From NCBI GenBank assembly GCA_041320515.1, contig JBGLNR010000001.1, positions 742,201 to 806,200 on the forward strand: 64,000 bases of DNA, read 5' to 3'. Below, piece by piece: positions 60,648 to 64,000 of the stretch. The notes below the pieces were generated by a model. The model saw only the letters and a list, made by a program, of their open reading frames with translations, ran no database searches and was not told where the DNA came from. The stretch's first letter is position 1. Each line of letters starts with the position of its first letter. Made by a program: the position numbers and the translations under genes. This stretch comes from Planctomycetota bacterium (GTDB lineage: Bacteria; Planctomycetota; PUPC01; DSUN01).

Positions 60648-63600
60648 ATGAGCAGGATCAGAATCGTCGCTGTCACCGTCCTTCTGGCCGTCTTCGGTAC
60701 GGCCGCTGTGCGCGGGGCCGAGGCACAGCCCGCCCCGGCCAAGAAATCGTTGCGGGCGCTGCTCGACGCGCCGCTGCTGTTCACCAAGCGCCACTCGTAC
60801 ACGGGCATCCACATCTACGACACGTTCTACAAGTGGCCTCCGGGCGGCGGCGGAATCTACATCTGCGACAACCCCTCGGCCCCGGCCGCAGAATGGAAGC
60901 TCCGCCCCGTCATTGACCCGACGACCCCCAAGACCCTCGGCGTCGGGGTGTACACCCACCCCGAACTGTCCTGGGACGCGAAGAAGCTGCTGTTCTGCTT
61001 CAAGGGCGAGGCGAGCGGCTCGACGAGCATCTACGAGATCGGGGTGGACGGCACGGGCCTGCGGCAGGTGACCGACCCGCGCCCCTGCCTGGCCAGTCAC
61101 AAGGGCGGCGGCGCCGGCATCCACGACATCGCGCCCTGCTACCTGCCCGACGGCCGCATCCTCTTCATGACCACACGGCCCAGCGGACTCGTCCCCTGCA
61201 ACAACACCGGCGTGAACCTCCTGCACGTGATGAATGCCGACGGCTCGGACATCCACCCCATCTCGGTCAACAACGTCAACGAGTTCGACCCCTGCGTGAT
61301 GCCCGACGGCCGCATCCTGCACGGCCGCTGGGAGTACGTGGACAAGAACGCGCTCACCCAGCAAAGCCTCTGGACGATCTTCCCCGACGGCACGCACGAG
61401 ACGGCGCTCTTCGCCAACAACATGGTTCACCCCGAGGCCACGCTCGACGCCCGGCCCGTGCCCGAGGCCCCCCACCTGATCGCCTCGACCTTCGCGCCCC
61501 ACAACTCCACGCCCACCGGCACCGTGGCCATCATCAACACCCACGTGAGCAAGAACAGCCCCGACGCCATCTACAACTTCGAGACGCCGAACCACCCCAC
61601 GAACGACCACGGCCCATCGTGCGAGCCCTGGCCCCTCTCGAAGGACGTGCTCCTCTACAGCGGCCGGCCGCCCGGCGCCAAGCGCAACGCGCTGATGATG
61701 ATTGACCGCCAGGGCAACCGCGAGGCCGTTTTCTCCGACGCCGAGTTCTCCTGCCACGCGCCCATGCTCGTCAAGCCGCGCCCCGTGCCCCCCATCCTCG
61801 CCGCGAGCACCGCTCGCGAGAAGACGACCGGCCGCTTCCTCGTCCTCGACGTCTACCAGGGCCTCCTCGAGCACGGCGTCCAGCGCGGCGAGGTCAAGCA
61901 GCTCCGCGTCATCGAGGAAACCTCCCGCGTCAGCCCCACGCCCGGCGGCGCGATGAACCAGACCTTTCTGATGAGCGGCGTGCTGGCCTGGAGCGCCAAG
62001 AACTACCTCGGCGTCGTCCCCGTCGAACCCGACGGGACAGCCTATTTCGAGGCGCCCTCGGGCCGCGCGCTCTACCTCCAGGCCCTCGACGCCGACGGGC
62101 GCCTCGTCCAGTCCATGCGCACCTTCGTTCAGGCCGCACCCGGCGCCACCAGAACCTGCATCGGCTGCCACGAGCACAAGTACTCCACCCCAGTCAACAG
62201 CAACCGGATCCAGGCGCTCCAGCGCGAGGCGAGCAGGCCCGCCCCCGAGTCCTGGGGCAGCGGCTTCATTGACTATCCGAGCATGGTCCAGCCCATCCTC
62301 AACAAGCACTGCGTGAGCTGCCACGGCGGCGAGAAGGGCTTCGCAGGCCGCCTCGACCTCACGGGCGGCTGGACCGAGCACTTCACCAACAGCTACGAAA
62401 ACCTCATCAGCCGCCGCGAGACGCAGGTGGTGGCCCACCTGATCGCGGGCATTGACTGCATGAACGGGACGGCGCTCTACTCCGTGCCGATTCGCCCGCC
62501 GCGCTTCCACGGCTCGGGCGCCGCGCCCCTCGCCACGGAACTCGTCGGCCGCCACAAGGAGCAGGGGCGCATCCCCGAACTCTCGCGCGCCGAACGCGAC
62601 CTGATCATGGCCTGGATTGACACCAACGGCCTGTTCCACGGCACGTGGGACTACACGCAGCACGGCTGCTCCTCCAAGGCGTGGCCGGGCATCCAGAAGT
62701 CCCTTCAGGCCGAGATGAGCGCGGCAAGCTGCAACAAGTGCCACACCTACTTCGATGGCGACTGGTTCAACCTCGAGCGCCCCGAGTTCAGCCGCATCCT
62801 CCGCGCCCCCCTCGCCGCGGGGAAGGACGGCTACGGAACGGCGATGTGCCGCGACCGCAAGATCGACCCGACGCGGAAGCGAGTCTTCGTCCTGCGCACG
62901 GGCTATGCCCACGGCGTGACGCCGGTTGACAGCTTCAAGGCCCCGCCGCCCGCACCGGTGCCGGAGGACGACGGCAAGCCGGTCGTCTCCTTCGCCTCGA
63001 CCGCCGACCCGCACTACCAGGCGATGCTGGCCCTCATCCAGAACGGCCGCCGCGCCGCCCTCGCCGCCCCGCGGGCCGACATGCCAGGGGCGAAGCTCCT
63101 CCCCGGCGCTCACCGCCAGTTCATCCCGACCCCCATCCCCGACCCCCTGCCGACTCTGAACGCCACAGTGGACGCCGATTGCATCGTCCGCCTCTCCTGG
63201 GAGCGCTCGGCCCGCACCATCGGCCTTTCGGCCGAACTCCACCGCGGCAAGACGCCCGACTTCACCGCAGGCAAGGACACGTTGCTCGTCGAAACCGCCC
63301 TCTTCCAGCACGACGACCCCGGCGCGGAGCCAGGCCCCCAGCACTACGCCCTCTTCCTCTGCTCGTCCGAGCGCCAGAGCAAGCCCATCCGCGCCACCGC
63401 CACCGTCCCCGCCCCGCCCCCGCCGCCCGCCCCCGTCGGCCTCAAGGCCACGCCGGCCCCGGGCCGAGTTGACCTCGCCTGGCAGGAGGCGCCCGGCGCG
63501 CGCGCCCGCTACAACGTCTATCGCGCGAAGGCAGGTGCTGGGACTGTGGGCGGGGGCTCTGCCCCCCGCGAGAAGGAGCAGGGGAAGACGCGGGGCACGG

Positions 63601-64000
63601 AGGCCCCGCCCACAGCGTCCCTGCCCCGCGAGACCGAGTTCCAGCGCTTGACGCCCGAGCCGACGCCCGAGCTGCGCTACAGCGACACCACGGCCCCCGA
63701 CAGCGTGCAGCACAGCTACACTGTGAGAGCCGTGAGCGCCCGCGGCGCCGAGAGCGAGGCCTCCGCCCCCGCCACCGCCGCGCCTCTCGCCGAGGTGAAG
63801 GAGCCCGTTTTCACCGCCTCATTCGCCGAGAACGCCGAGGCCGCCCTCTTCGGCGGCGGCAAGGCGAAGGGCACGCTCCACGGCGGGGCCAAGGTGGCCA
63901 ACGGTGCGCTCGACGTGGCGGCCGGCGGCCACGCGACGTTCGACCACCGCCCGGAGTTCGACCTCGGCCAGCGCCTCACCGTCGAGCTGTGGGTGAACAT
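60648..64000 (+). CDS. large secreted protein: TolB/HzsA-middle-domain-like beta-propeller, two CxxCH motifs, FN3-like and LamG-like C-terminal modules; 3' end outside window
   Basis: Not in the ORF track because no stop is reached. ATG at 60648 (MSRIRIVAVTVLLAVFGTAAVRGAEA). The frame stays open to 64000. Contains NEFDPCVMPDGRILHGRWEYVDKNA, TCIGCHEHK and CVSCHGG. Confidence 0.7.
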   Translation, partial: MSRIRIVAVTVLLAVFGTAAVRGAEAQPAPAKKSLRALLDAPLLFTKRHSYTGIHIYDTFYKWPPGGGGIYICDNPSAPAAEWKLRPVIDPTTPKTLGVGVYTHPELSWDAKKLLFCFKGEASGSTSIYEIGVDGTGLRQVTDPRPCLASHKGGGAGIHDIAPCYLPDGRILFMTTRPSGLVPCNNTGVNLLHVMNADGSDIHPISVNNVNEFDPCVMPDGRILHGRWEYVDKNALTQQSLWTIFPDGTHETALFANNMVHPEATLDARPVPEAPHLIASTFAPHNSTPTGTVAIINTHVSKNSPDAIYNFETPNHPTNDHGPSCEPWPLSKDVLLYSGRPPGAKRNALMMIDRQGNREAVFSDAEFSCHAPMLVKPRPVPPILAASTAREKTTGRFLVLDVYQGLLEHGVQRGEVKQLRVIEETSRVSPTPGGAMNQTFLMSGVLAWSAKNYLGVVPVEPDGTAYFEAPSGRALYLQALDADGRLVQSMRTFVQAAPGATRTCIGCHEHKYSTPVNSNRIQALQREASRPAPESWGSGFIDYPSMVQPILNKHCVSCHGGEKGFAGRLDLTGGWTEHFTNSYENLISRRETQVVAHLIAGIDCMNGTALYSVPIRPPRFHGSGAAPLATELVGRHKEQGRIPELSRAERDLIMAWIDTNGLFHGTWDYTQHGCSSKAWPGIQKSLQAEMSAASCNKCHTYFDGDWFNLERPEFSRILRAPLAAGKDGYGTAMCRDRKIDPTRKRVFVLRTGYAHGVTPVDSFKAPPPAPVPEDDGKPVVSFASTADPHYQAMLALIQNGRRAALAAPRADMPGAKLLPGAHRQFIPTPIPDPLPTLNATVDADCIVRLSWERSARTIGLSAELHRGKTPDFTAGKDTLLVETALFQHDDPGAEPGPQHYALFLCSSERQSKPIRATATVPAPPPPPAPVGLKATPAPGRVDLAWQEAPGARARYNVYRAKAGAGTVGGGSAPREKEQGKTRGTEAPPTASLPRETEFQRLTPEPTPELRYSDTTAPDSVQHSYTVRAVSARGAESEASAPATAAPLAEVKEPVFTASFAENAEAALFGGGKAKGTLHGGAKVANGALDVAAGGHATFDHRPEFDLGQRLTVELWVN

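Noticed and set aside
62157-62350. CxxCH motifs plus a propeller reminiscent of the hydrazine synthase alpha subunit; considered an anammox marker.
   Set aside because: The HzsA-middle-domain-like fold is widespread in non-anammox Planctomycetota-type proteins. No hzsB/C, hydrazine dehydrogenase or other anammox genes are present, and the context is ordinary.
60411-63713. 1100-aa minus-strand ORF.
   Set aside because: It is an antisense shadow of the open plus-strand frame starting at 60648, which has a signal peptide, CxxCH motifs and domain-like sequence. The minus translation is Gly/Arg/Ala low complexity, as expected for GC-rich antisense frames.

Overview
High-GC bacterial chromosome segment with strong GC3 codon bias. 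Gene content (heparinase II/III-like, FGE-sulfatase, HzsA-middle-domain-like propeller with CxxCH, GHL-type TIM barrels) and abundant GGGAGG/CACAGCCG hairpin repeats suggest a Planctomycetota-like organism; this is inference only. I can support about 50 protein genes, one tRNA-Met(CAU) and many repeat elements.

Housekeeping blocks: fba, HIT, two sensor kinases plus a CheY-like receiver, comM/yifB, glgC, glgA, a galT-like gene, and a GT39-DUF62-mnmG operon. These are interleaved with accessory patches of visibly lower GC:
- A type I R-M locus (hsdM, half-size hsdS, dinD) whose hsdR survives only as a C-terminal half fused in frame to a truncated heparinase-like gene.
- Several type II TA modules or remnants: BrnT plus partner, an orphan BrnA-like gene, VapBC, a decayed Phd-RelE/ParE, an orphan RHH, and a YgiT zinc finger.
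- A wHTH-EAL-NACHT (STAND/NLR-like) giant ORF with a small upstream ORF.
- A tRNA-Met-associated tyrosine integrase plus an HTH gene.
- A GT2 / SAM-MTase / 2x B12-radical-SAM / GT-C-like membrane protein / URO-D-like cluster.
- A two-gene PIN-GNAT-ASCH + ASCH module.

Best candidates for an undescribed system: the PIN-GNAT-ASCH/ASCH pair (57101..59001) and the EAL-NACHT locus (36235..39456).

Other notable structure:
- At least three abrupt junctions where genes are truncated or fused (about 7855, 17390, 36400-36480).
- Hairpin repeats inserted in frame inside CDSs.
- A 3 x 80-bp hairpin array with compensatory stem changes.
- Long palindromes built from degenerate short tandem motifs flanking galT.

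All functional calls come from motif recognition in the supplied translations. No database search was run.
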